Origin: Patescibacteria group bacterium
GTDB taxonomy: Bacteria; Patescibacteriota; Dojkabacteria; GCA-002793355
Direction of reading: 5' to 3'
Assembly (NCBI GenBank): GCA_016860985.1
Contig: BOKM01000001.1
Span: 984,040-1,048,039 of the forward strand
DNA length: 64,000 nucleotides
Shown here: piece after piece, positions 29,913-38,822 of the stretch
Layout of the letters: every line of letters begins with the position of its first letter
Numbering within the stretch: position 1 is the first letter of the stretch
Translations under genes and position numbers: made by a program
Notes under the pieces: model-generated
Told to the model about the DNA's origin: nothing
The model's input: only the letters and a program-made list of their open reading frames with translations
Databases searched by the model: none

Positions 29913-30602
29913 ATGGATTTACTTGCCCCACTATTTTCACCAGACAGAGAGTCTGACATTCCGTTGATATACAAAGGAAAGATTTTTACACGACGTGCTG
30001 GATACCCTTTGTGGGTTTCTATAATTGGACCATCTGGTGCAGGCAAAGATACAATCAAAGATTTGTTGCTCCATACTGGTCAATTTTATTACATCAGGAC
30101 TGCTACAAATCGTTCTCCAAGAAAGGATGAAGATCCTCGTGCATACATCTGGATGAGAGCTCCTTACGAAAACGAACCTCAGCGCTCTTATTTGCGAAGT
30201 CTTATAAAGCAGTACGACCTTTTTGAATATAACTACCACTATGGCAACATGTATGGTACGCCTTTGGAATCAATTAAAATCGCAGGTAAATCGGGTAGAA
30301 TACCATTGTACTGTTCTGAGAATCAAGGAGCATTGTTTATGGAAAATCACCTCTCTGATCTATTTGATGTGCTTACCCTTTCTGTTATACCTGATTCGCT
30401 AGATGATATGGAGCGACGTATTCTTCGAGGTGGCAGAGACAATCAAGTTCAAAGGCTCGCAGAATCGCGTGAGCGAGTTCGAACTGCTCCAGAGGTCGCT
30501 CACTATATTGTTAAGAATCCGAGTTCTCCGGTAGAGAACGGAAAGAGTGGACTTGAAAGTGCTGTAGGTGCTATTAGAAAGCTACTCTATTCGATGTCCT
30601 AA
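29913..30602 (+). CDS. Guanylate kinase-like protein
   Basis: GPSGAGKDT, TNRSPR..E and YGNMYGTP motifs. Confidence 0.75.
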   Translation: MDLLAPLFSPDRESDIPLIYKGKIFTRRAGYPLWVSIIGPSGAGKDTIKDLLLHTGQFYYIRTATNRSPRKDEDPRAYIWMRAPYENEPQRSYLRSLIKQYDLFEYNYHYGNMYGTPLESIKIAGKSGRIPLYCSENQGALFMENHLSDLFDVLTLSVIPDSLDDMERRILRGGRDNQVQRLAESRERVRTAPEVAHYIVKNPSSPVENGKSGLESAVGAIRKLLYSMS

Positions 30603-30653
30603 CAATCACAGAATCCCAGCTAACCAATTAATTCGTTGTTTGTGCAGAGAATA

Positions 30654-32180
30654 TTATTGATTATTCTCAAGGTATTCTCGTCTTCTTCTATACAGATAGT
30701 AGATGACTGCCGCGATGAATACAATCAAAAGTAGCCACCACCATGACCAGCTCCAAGAAGCTGCTGCAAGTAGTGCTATGTAGGTTGTAGTTTCAACTGG
30801 ATCGCTGAGCACATTTACTTTGTGTACTGCTGCACTATCGGTAATTCCTTTTGGTAAAGAACCTTGGTTTACTGTGATATTGTATTCACCAGGGCAGAGA
30901 TCCATCTCCCACTTGCCGTTATTGTCACTAATAAAGTGGTCAACAAAGTATTCTTTTTCTGCAACATTGTAAGTTACCTTTCCAGTAATATTCGAGAATA
31001 CCTTTTCGCCAAAGTCATAATTGCCGTTTTTGTTTGAGTCTACATACATGACGCCAATTAGCTTTACAACGTTGGTACAAGTCCTTTCACCTAATACTGC
31101 AGGTGTAGGCGTAGCAGTTGGGGTTGGTGTCGTAACAGCTGCAAGGACGGTTGGTGTGGTGACTGGTGGGATGTTTGTGTCGTTATCGTCTTCGGTTGGA
31201 TCGTCAACTTCTTCACCTGTGCCTGTTCCATCTGTTGGAGTTGTTGTTGGAGGGACTGTTGGCTCTTCTGTAGGTGTAGTTGTTGGTGTTTCTGTAGGGG
31301 TTGGTGAAACTGTATCAGTTGCAGTAGGAGTTGGAGTATCGGTTGGTTCAACAGTATCTGTTGGTGTCGGAGTTACTGTGGGTTCGACCGTGTCGGTTGG
31401 AGTTGGTGTTACCGTTGGTTCTACAGTATCTGTTGGGGTAGGAGTAACCGTTGGTTCTACGGTATCGGTTGGGGTAGGAGTTGGCGTTGGTGTAGTTACT
31501 TGTTCTTCACACCATTCTTCTCCATCGTTTGTTGGCTTATTATCATCTCCGAATGGACCTTCGTAAAGAAAATCGTTTGAGTGGTCTCCATGCCCATTCC
31601 ATCCTTCTTTTGCAACGTGCAAAACTTGCCAAGGGTTACTTTCACTTCCTGTTTCATGACAAATATAAACTTTTTTCTCGTCTTCCTCTGTTGGGGTTGG
31701 TGTAGGAGTTTCCGTTGGTTCTACAGTATCGGTGGGTGTTGGCGTTGCAGTAACGGTTGGCGTGGCCGTTGGAGTGGGTGTGCTAGTAATTGTAGGTGTT
31801 GGGGTTGGTAATGGGTTGCAGCCGTTTCTCCAAACTGATTCACCACTCGGCCAATTCTTGCCGGCGTAATATATGTGTTGACCATGTTTTTTGTAAGTAA
31901 GTGGTGGAATAATATCGTTGTCGTGTTTTTTATGCCCATTAAATACTCCGTCCAAGCTGATGAATTCTGTAATGTATGATCCGCCATGTGCTGGTACATA
32001 ATGACAAATTCGGAGGGTAAAATCGTGCCAGTTGTATCCATCTGATAAATCGGGAATATTGTTGCTGTTCGCTGATGCTGGTTGTAGTAACGAGAGTGAG
32101 AGGACAGGAGTTACTATATATACTGAAACAAACAAGAGCACTGAGAGGACTTTCGTTGCAATTTTTGTGAGATTTGTCAT
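30654..32180 (-). CDS. Cell-surface protein: two Cys/His modules, Pro/Thr stalk, SdrD-B-like domain, C-terminal TM anchor
   Basis: Signal peptide; ICH..H..H..D twice; PT repeats; [12 protein letters not shown]; Trp-rich TM followed by RRRR. Confidence 0.8.
   Translation of the reverse strand: MTNLTKIATKVLSVLLFVSVYIVTPVLSLSLLQPASANSNNIPDLSDGYNWHDFTLRICHYVPAHGGSYITEFISLDGVFNGHKKHDNDIIPPLTYKKHGQHIYYAGKNWPSGESVWRNGCNPLPTPTPTITSTPTPTATPTVTATPTPTDTVEPTETPTPTPTEEDEKKVYICHETGSESNPWQVLHVAKEGWNGHGDHSNDFLYEGPFGDDNKPTNDGEEWCEEQVTTPTPTPTPTDTVEPTVTPTPTDTVEPTVTPTPTDTVEPTVTPTPTDTVEPTDTPTPTATDTVSPTPTETPTTTPTEEPTVPPTTTPTDGTGTGEEVDDPTEDDNDTNIPPVTTPTVLAAVTTPTPTATPTPAVLGERTCTNVVKLIGVMYVDSNKNGNYDFGEKVFSNITGKVTYNVAEKEYFVDHFISDNNGKWEMDLCPGEYNITVNQGSLPKGITDSAAVHKVNVLSDPVETTTYIALLAAASWSWSWWWLLLIVFIAAVIYYLYRRRREYLENNQ
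31310..31490 (-). repeat. Imperfect 36-bp coding tandem repeat ([12 protein letters not shown]), about 4 copies
   Basis: Visible in protein and DNA; synonymous divergence between units; boundaries approximate. Confidence 0.8.
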
Positions 32181-32241
32181 GTTGTAATGGCTTATAGAAA
32201 ATATAATTATCCTCTATATTTTACTATGGTTTAGAAGGATG

Positions 32242-33252
32242 TCAAGGTATGGAAATTCGGGCAGATTCCTGGACTTGGTAATACTCTCGAAGTACAGGCT
32301 CAATATAGTTGTTCCACCAATCTTTAATACTAAGATCATTTTCTCTTCTGTTATTAGCTATTCGAAGTATATATGCCAATTCGCTATTCATATCACTTAT
32401 TCTGGCGTAATAATTTCTATCGCTTTCCTCCTTAATTCTTTTTACTTGAAAGCTTGGTTGCTCTCGTGGAATTGTTGCGAATGTATAGTCTCCTTCTATT
32501 AAGAGAAAAATGTCTCCTATTGAGTATGAGAGTTCGTGCAAGTCTTCCCAAATTGCTGCTCTATGTTCAGGATTCGCGAAGGAAAGTGGCGCGTACCATC
32601 GATTTAGAAATGTGCCTCCTGTTTCACTTTTAACCATTGGGGATTCATTAAGAGGTGTTGCTGATTCGAAGTCACTTAAGACTATAAACGAATGATCTAT
32701 GTCGCTTGCAGGTTTACGAATAAGAAAATTATTTGGTGAAATATCGTGATGTATCAGGCTTACTGTTGGCTCATCAAAGCCGACGTAATCTTTAGGAATT
32801 TGAATATTATGTAATGTGTGAACTGCCCTGCACATTTGGGCAAACATTGAATATCGCTGCTCTGGAGTAAGAGATTTGAGTAGTTCGAAGTTCTCAAAAA
32901 GTGATTTCCCTGGGAACTCTTCGTACATCACTACGTGATCGATGCGCGTTTCAAGCTGCTTCCATTTTGGACTATTTCTCTGTACTACCTCATTGTCGAG
33001 TACTTTCTGAATTCTGCGTGCATACGGCGATAAACCTATGTCGTCTACGAGTGTATCAATCTCGACTGCTCCCCTAAAACGGTGTACGTTGGGGCATTGG
33101 TCGGCAGCAAGATCAAGTAGTAAAAAATTGCGCTCTAAATTTTTGGCGAGTATTGAGTGGGCTTCAACCTCTTTAGAAGAATCTGCAGCGTCAACGGCAA
33201 CCATTCTTGCTCTAATCGGGGTTTCTCTGTTGGGAATTGCGGTAAGTGACAT
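32242..33252 (-). CDS. Protein kinase-like protein
   Basis: VMYEE, IHHDISPNNFL and LSDFE motifs; start set to the first ATG outside tRNA-Val. Confidence 0.7.
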   Translation of the reverse strand: MSLTAIPNRETPIRARMVAVDAADSSKEVEAHSILAKNLERNFLLLDLAADQCPNVHRFRGAVEIDTLVDDIGLSPYARRIQKVLDNEVVQRNSPKWKQLETRIDHVVMYEEFPGKSLFENFELLKSLTPEQRYSMFAQMCRAVHTLHNIQIPKDYVGFDEPTVSLIHHDISPNNFLIRKPASDIDHSFIVLSDFESATPLNESPMVKSETGGTFLNRWYAPLSFANPEHRAAIWEDLHELSYSIGDIFLLIEGDYTFATIPREQPSFQVKRIKEESDRNYYARISDMNSELAYILRIANNRRENDLSIKDWWNNYIEPVLREYYQVQESARISIP

Positions 33253-33257
33253 ATGTA

Positions 33258-33334
33258 TGGTGGGCAGCACAAGATTCGAACTTGTGACCTCTTCAATGTC
33301 AATGAAGTGCTCTAACCAGCTGAGCTAGCTGCCC
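33258..33334 (-). tRNA. tRNA-Val(GAC)
   Basis: GGGCAGC/GCTGCCC acceptor, CTTCA-TTGACAT-TGAAG arm, encoded CCA. Confidence 0.95.
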
Positions 33335-33353
33335 GTGAGATCTTACAAAGGAA

Positions 33354-34334
33354 TTATAACATGAGATCGATAATCAGCAAACAGTGATCCGATGCTTGCG
33401 GTAGGCACTTTTTTGCAATGTCACTCTGCTGCAAAGATTTTGAAGTAAAGGCATAATCAATGTGAAGAAAAGGAAAATTCGCGGGATATGTGTTTTTATT
33501 CGAAAAAATTGGTGTAGATAGGTATGAGAACGCACCTTGCGGCGAAATTTTAGTTATATCTCTTTGAATCTTTCCATTTTGTAGGGTGTTAAAATCGCCA
33601 ACGATAAGATGCGGGACATCAGTTTTTCGCGCTAGAAACGTAAGAAGCTCTTTCTTTTGGCTTTCTCGAGCCTCTTTTGCAGGAATTACTACAACCTTTC
33701 CGTTCGTATCAAGCGTTGGCATATCGGTAATAGGGTTCCAAAGATGTATAGATGTTAAAGTAAGATTTTTGTTTTGAAGTGTGACAGAAAAATGCCCCTT
33801 GCTGTTGCTACGATTCACTTCGACGACGCTACCTTTCGGGGCGAGAACGAGGAATTCACCTTGCGAGTAAAAATCCATTGTGGGAAAGTACTCGTTACGA
33901 ATCGAGGCGATTTCGTTTGTCATTAATTCTGATTTCCATACTTCTTGCAATAAAATGACATCACAATTTTGTCCTTTTAATGTACTAAGTCCAACATCTC
34001 TTCCCCACTTAAAGAAATACGCAGAATTCCAAGAACAAACCCGTATCAAGTTATCTGAGGGCAGTACTTTATTGGAAAAAATGATGGTACGTCCCATAAA
34101 AACGAATAGATTGAGAAGCAGCAAAGCTGTAAATGCCAAAGGAACAACAGGTATTCTCCTTTTATACATTTGGAAAATACAATAGAAAATAGGAGGTAAT
34201 ATAAACAAAACCGGTGGTGTATGGTGCAGATAGAATAACCAACCGCTCTCCCCGAAACCGCCTAAATATGCGATGTATATGATGTACCACACCAATACAA
34301 GCAATAAGTCACTGTTGGTTAAGCGGAATTTCAT
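33354..34334 (-). CDS. Membrane-anchored endonuclease/exonuclease/phosphatase family protein
   Basis: Three TMs; SWN, LLQE, GDFN, IDY and SDH motifs. Confidence 0.85.
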   Translation of the reverse strand: MKFRLTNSDLLLVLVWYIIYIAYLGGFGESGWLFYLHHTPPVLFILPPIFYCIFQMYKRRIPVVPLAFTALLLLNLFVFMGRTIIFSNKVLPSDNLIRVCSWNSAYFFKWGRDVGLSTLKGQNCDVILLQEVWKSELMTNEIASIRNEYFPTMDFYSQGEFLVLAPKGSVVEVNRSNSKGHFSVTLQNKNLTLTSIHLWNPITDMPTLDTNGKVVVIPAKEARESQKKELLTFLARKTDVPHLIVGDFNTLQNGKIQRDITKISPQGAFSYLSTPIFSNKNTYPANFPFLHIDYAFTSKSLQQSDIAKKCLPQASDHCLLIIDLML

Positions 34335-35032
34335 ACGATTCTTTCTAGAATTACAGTACCATCTTCGAATGTTAGGGTTATTGATTGTTTCTTAAAGTCA
34401 ATCACTATTTCCTGAGAAAGCTCTGTGTGTTCAATTATACCTACTTCATCTTTGCTCACAATCTCAAGAAAGAAGTTACCGGGAAGTTGAATTTGTTGGA
34501 TTTCGATGAAATCGTGCATAACGGGACTAGACCCATCAATGCGTAAGTCTCGTAGTGAAAAATGATGCCAGCTGCTAAAGATCTGGTTAAGCAATGCTAC
34601 ACTTTTTTCAATAATTTCGTTACTTGTTCCGCTCGATGGAAGCGTAAGGGTTATCTGTGTAATCTTATTTGATTTGTCCTTAGTTTCTACTATTTTCGCA
34701 AAAGCAGAAAAGTCTTCTTGTTTAGCTACAGCTTGTGTGAGTACTACTTTCATAATTCGTTGTGTCTGCTGAATCTCAGATGTAAAAATAAGGGTGTTGC
34801 CAACAAATGCAATTGAAGATTCAAGTGGGGCGGTGAGGTACGAGACCGTTTTTGCAGCATTTTCCATTCCATTATGAACTTCAAGTACGTAGTTGTTCTG
34901 TTTTATGTAGCATTTAGAAAAGAATACATTGTGAACAGCATCAACAGTGGTTGCGGATGCATCTTTTCGTTCGAGCACAACGACAATCGGTCGGTTTGTA
35001 AATGGTTGAAGAATTACCTGTGGGTCAATCAT
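34331..35032 (-). CDS. Hypothetical protein
   Basis: 233-aa ORF with a 4-nt overlap to the next gene. Confidence 0.6.
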   Translation of the reverse strand: MIDPQVILQPFTNRPIVVVLERKDASATTVDAVHNVFFSKCYIKQNNYVLEVHNGMENAAKTVSYLTAPLESSIAFVGNTLIFTSEIQQTQRIMKVVLTQAVAKQEDFSAFAKIVETKDKSNKITQITLTLPSSGTSNEIIEKSVALLNQIFSSWHHFSLRDLRIDGSSPVMHDFIEIQQIQLPGNFFLEIVSKDEVGIIEHTELSQEIVIDFKKQSITLTFEDGTVILERIV

Positions 35033-35074
35033 CGAGTCATTCTAGCATTTCTCTCGTGTAAGGTATAATAAAAT

Positions 35075-35935
35075 ATGAAAAAGAAGACGAGTGTTATGTT
35101 CATTTCGCTGATTCTTGTGATTGGAGCAATCTATTTGATTTCGTTACGCGCGAGTTCTATTAATGCTCAGCCCGTTCCGACACCAACTCCTATTCAAGTC
35201 GAAGTCACTTCTCTTCCAACTGAAACTACAACGCCGTTGCCACCAACTCCTGTGATGCTAAACGAAACACCAGCTAAGGGCTATGTTCATTATTTTGAAA
35301 AACTTCCGACGGTAAATGGACAACAAGGATACGTGGCATTTCCCTTAATATATAACCCAGATAATTTACCGCCAATTGTTATGTATTACCATGGCTCAGG
35401 GCAACGCATCACTTCAAATTTTTCGGATCAAGTAATGAAGAATATGCGAGCATACGGTGCGTACTTTACCTCAAAAGGTTACGCCTTTCTTGCCTCAAAT
35501 CAGCATGGTGATAATCAAGGTAACAAGGTTGCAGTCGAAGACTCAGAAGCTTTGATAAAATGGGTAAAAGAGCGATATGATACTGCGGACAGCTTATTCG
35601 TAATTGGATTTAGCATGGGAGGAAAGCCTGCAATGCGTCATGTGTTGTTACACCCTACAAAGGTAGAGAGACTTGCTCTTCTTGCGCCTGCACAGCAGAT
35701 AGAAACCTATACTGCAGAGCAAATTAAGCTATTCAAGAATACCGAAACAAAAGTTTGGCACGGCACAGCCGATGTGAACGTGCCCTATTGGGTTACAGAG
35801 GAATTACAGGCATATTTTAAGAAATACAGCGTTCCTTTACAAATAGTAACTCTGAAAGGGAAAACACACTGGGACGTCGATACAGAATATATGAAGGATA
35901 TTGAGGTGTGGTTTTCAGAAGAAGTGAGGCTTTAA
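35075..35935 (+). CDS. Exported alpha/beta hydrolase
   Basis: YHGSG, GFSMGG nucleophile elbow, HGTAD, His. Confidence 0.85.
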   Translation: MKKKTSVMFISLILVIGAIYLISLRASSINAQPVPTPTPIQVEVTSLPTETTTPLPPTPVMLNETPAKGYVHYFEKLPTVNGQQGYVAFPLIYNPDNLPPIVMYYHGSGQRITSNFSDQVMKNMRAYGAYFTSKGYAFLASNQHGDNQGNKVAVEDSEALIKWVKERYDTADSLFVIGFSMGGKPAMRHVLLHPTKVERLALLAPAQQIETYTAEQIKLFKNTETKVWHGTADVNVPYWVTEELQAYFKKYSVPLQIVTLKGKTHWDVDTEYMKDIEVWFSEEVRL

Positions 35936-37128
35936 GGGGTGGTTGGGGGTGGGAAATAATTTCTGCCTTTTATTTCAGAAGGGAAACACTCTTGCTCGGA
36001 TTTCTTGTTCGTTAAATCGTGGTCGTATTCATACCCTTTTCCATAACCAATCTCTTTCATGAATTTTGTTGGTGCATTTCTGAAATGAAGCGGAACAGCA
36101 AGATTCCCATATTTTTTTACGTCTTCAGCTGCTTTTTGATAGGCGACGTATGAGTTGTTACTCTTTGGTGATTTAGCAAGATATTCTGCAAGCTGCACGA
36201 GAGCGACACCACACTCTGGCATTCCTAGGTTTTTGCAGGTGTCAAAAACCACATTTGCAAGTAAGAGTGCATTAGGTTGTGCATTCCCAATATCCTCTGA
36301 GGCAAAGCGTACAAGTCTTCTGGCAATATACAACGGGTCTTCACCTGCTTCGAGCATTCTAACTATCCAGTACACAGCAGCCGAAGCATTGGAAGATCTC
36401 AAGCTTTTGTGAACAGCAGAAATGATATTGTAGTGCTCTTCTCCATTTTTGTCGTACCTGAGAAACTTTTGCATTGCGGCTTCGACATCTTTTTTTGTAA
36501 TCTCTTTTGTTTCGGCAATATTGCAGGCTAGCTCAAATGAAGTCAGTGCAAACCGCATATCTCCGTTTGCAAGTTCTGATAGGTAAGTTTTTACCTCGTC
36601 AGAGAGAGAAACTTCAAGTAAACTCGCAGCTTGAGTAAGCCTTTGTTGAATATTTTGTTGCGAATGCTCAGAAAAAATGAAGACTCTACTTCTTGAAAGT
36701 AAGGGAGAGATAACGGTAAAACTTGGATTTTCTGTTGTTGCACCAATGAGAGTGATAACACCTGATTCGACATACGGCAAAAGTGCGTCTTGCTGGGCTT
36801 TATTCCATCGATGAATTTCGTCTATGAAAAGGATTGATTTCTTTTGACTGATTTCTTGATTTTTAACCGCACTTGCAAGTATCTTTTTGAGCGCATCTTT
36901 CCCTTCCGTTACAGCTGAAAGTCGATGAAAATCGGCGTCCACTGTTATTGCAATAATCTCTGCGAGTGTCGTTTTGCCAGTTCCTGGAGGACCCCAAAAA
37001 ATCATGCTCGGAATATTGCCTGACTCAATAAATTTTCTGAGAGGTCCTGAATCACCGACGATATCTTGTTGTCCAACAAACTCTTCTAAGGATTTCGGGC
37101 GCATACGAAACGCAAGTGGTTGTTGCAT
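35932..37128 (-). CDS. rarA: Replication-associated recombination protein A
   Basis: PLAFRMRP, GPPGTGKT, DEIHRW, GATTENPSF and SEDIG motifs. Confidence 0.95.
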   Translation of the reverse strand: MQQPLAFRMRPKSLEEFVGQQDIVGDSGPLRKFIESGNIPSMIFWGPPGTGKTTLAEIIAITVDADFHRLSAVTEGKDALKKILASAVKNQEISQKKSILFIDEIHRWNKAQQDALLPYVESGVITLIGATTENPSFTVISPLLSRSRVFIFSEHSQQNIQQRLTQAASLLEVSLSDEVKTYLSELANGDMRFALTSFELACNIAETKEITKKDVEAAMQKFLRYDKNGEEHYNIISAVHKSLRSSNASAAVYWIVRMLEAGEDPLYIARRLVRFASEDIGNAQPNALLLANVVFDTCKNLGMPECGVALVQLAEYLAKSPKSNNSYVAYQKAAEDVKKYGNLAVPLHFRNAPTKFMKEIGYGKGYEYDHDLTNKKSEQECFPSEIKGRNYFPPPTTP

Positions 37129-37153
37129 ACGCTATTATACCCCTTGCGTTTAG

Positions 37154-38641
37154 CTATATCGCATTCTCGTTGTGGTATACGGCTGAATTGTCGATTCGAT
37201 GGGCTTGTATACCGTGCTTATTGTAGAACTTGATTGCTTCTTCGAGTTCAGGGTGATCCTTTGCATAATCTTCTAGTGATACTTGGCTCTTCCAGGCCTC
37301 GTATGCCTGAACAACTGCGGTTGCTCCTGCTTTTGTTCCTTGTGGATGTGAGTGCACACCTCCGCCCATTGTGGTAATAAAGTCAATGGTACCAATCGTA
37401 TCAAGGAATTTTGGTAAGAGTACTGGGTTTAATCCTCCAGAAATGATTGGTGCAGTTTTGCTGATGACACGCCAAGACATTTTTCTTTCGAGTGTCGTAT
37501 CGATACCTTTGGCTCTCGACATCGCAATTCCATGTGCTCCTGAGTTCCAGAGTTCTTCCTCTTTTTTAATTTCTGCAACTACATCCGAATCTGTTTCTGG
37601 AATTTCGCTCCAAACTTGATCGAAGTAGTGCCCATGTGACTTCAATTTGAGAATACCGTGTGCGGCTGTAATATCGTCGGTTGCGTCTCCAGCCATTTTG
37701 CCAATTCCCGCTGTCCCCGTATGAATACCCGATGCACCAGCAAGTCGTGCGAATTTAGAGAGCACCAAGACTGAGTAGCCAATTGGATTTTCGGCTCGTG
37801 TAAATGCTCCGTGACCTGCTCGATGATAGTGCAAGAATACATGTGGGAAGTGTCTTCTAATTGTTTGAACTGCTGTCCAGCCTGACGTAATACCGTCTAC
37901 AAGAAAAGCGTAGCTTCCGGGTTTCATAACATTAGAGATATACTCCGCTCTGCGAATCATTGTGTCAAAGTCTGCGGCAGATACGTTAAAAGAGTGAACT
38001 TTGGTGTGTCCGGTTGCATCTTCTGCTCTGTCCATTGCTTCTCGGACTGATACAACCATCTTTTCAAATGGAGAAAAAGTTTGGTCGGCTTGTGGTTCAT
38101 CATTCTTAACAAAATCTCCGCCACCAGCCCAGAAATCGTAACATACCTCGGCGTATTCTGTGGAGGTTAAGCCAATCTTTGGTTTTATAATTGTTCCAAG
38201 AACGGGGCGATCGTAATTCTTTAGGTAATCGCGCATATCGTCGAGGGTGACTGACGGACCATCGTATTGATCAAGCATTTGAGAGGGGAACCATACATCG
38301 AGCAGCTTACACTCCTTAAGTTCGGCCATTCCAAACACATTCCCTGCGATAAACGTAAGAATGTTTTGAACATTTCCACCTCTATCGAAGATAAGCCATG
38401 GGTAAGCAATATAAACGAGATTGTTATCGTGATCAACTTTATAGACACGTGCATCACATGTTTTTGAGTAGGACGTTAGTGTTCCGACTTTTAGGTTTGA
38501 ACCAGAGGAGGATTCAGCAGCAATCTCTGTCGCGACATCTTCGAGTGTGATATCGCCGTACGGAACGACTTTGAACACTGCGAGCATGTACTGTCCATTA
38601 AATACTTCTTCGTTTCCAAGATACAAATATTGTTCTTGCAT
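37154..38641 (-). CDS. RuBisCO large subunit, form II/III
   Basis: AAESS, GTIIKPKIG, GGDFVKNDEPQ, HYHRAGHG, GKM, SGG and GGG motifs; insertion before the SGG strand typical of form II/III. Confidence 0.9.
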   Translation of the reverse strand: MQEQYLYLGNEEVFNGQYMLAVFKVVPYGDITLEDVATEIAAESSSGSNLKVGTLTSYSKTCDARVYKVDHDNNLVYIAYPWLIFDRGGNVQNILTFIAGNVFGMAELKECKLLDVWFPSQMLDQYDGPSVTLDDMRDYLKNYDRPVLGTIIKPKIGLTSTEYAEVCYDFWAGGGDFVKNDEPQADQTFSPFEKMVVSVREAMDRAEDATGHTKVHSFNVSAADFDTMIRRAEYISNVMKPGSYAFLVDGITSGWTAVQTIRRHFPHVFLHYHRAGHGAFTRAENPIGYSVLVLSKFARLAGASGIHTGTAGIGKMAGDATDDITAAHGILKLKSHGHYFDQVWSEIPETDSDVVAEIKKEEELWNSGAHGIAMSRAKGIDTTLERKMSWRVISKTAPIISGGLNPVLLPKFLDTIGTIDFITTMGGGVHSHPQGTKAGATAVVQAYEAWKSQVSLEDYAKDHPELEEAIKFYNKHGIQAHRIDNSAVYHNENAI

Positions 38642-38668
38642 AGCGTGGGCAGTCAACTTATTCTCTCC

Positions 38669-38697
38669 ATTGTAAGTGCAGAATGTGATTGAGTCAA
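38669..38697 (-). promoter_or_regulatory. Sigma70-type promoter of the RuBisCO gene
   Basis: TTGACT-17 nt-TACAAT on the minus strand. Confidence 0.65.
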
Positions 38698-38822
38698 CTA
38701 AAATGCTATAACACACCCTACTATGGCACTAAACTTCACTAGATCAACACAAGCACACGAGAACCTGTTGTACTCAAAATACCTTATAACGAAGTAGCCG
38801 CCTTTATGACCAGGTAATGGAA

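Noticed and set aside
31021-31566. Val/Gly-repeat ORF on the plus strand, or a CRISPR-like array
   Set aside because: Antisense shadow of the Pro/Thr repeats; the units are contiguous and codon-degenerate with no spacers. No CRISPR array or cas gene was seen in the window
33038-33328. 96-aa plus-strand ORF
   Set aside because: Antisense to the kinase gene and tRNA-Val
37154-38641. Calvin-cycle autotrophy, or a RuBisCO-like protein (form IV)
   Set aside because: No prk or small subunit in the window; catalytic motifs are those of a bona fide form II/III enzyme
38723-38797. 24-codon plus-strand ORF between RuBisCO and the TrmB-AKR gene
   Set aside because: Too short and no supporting signal
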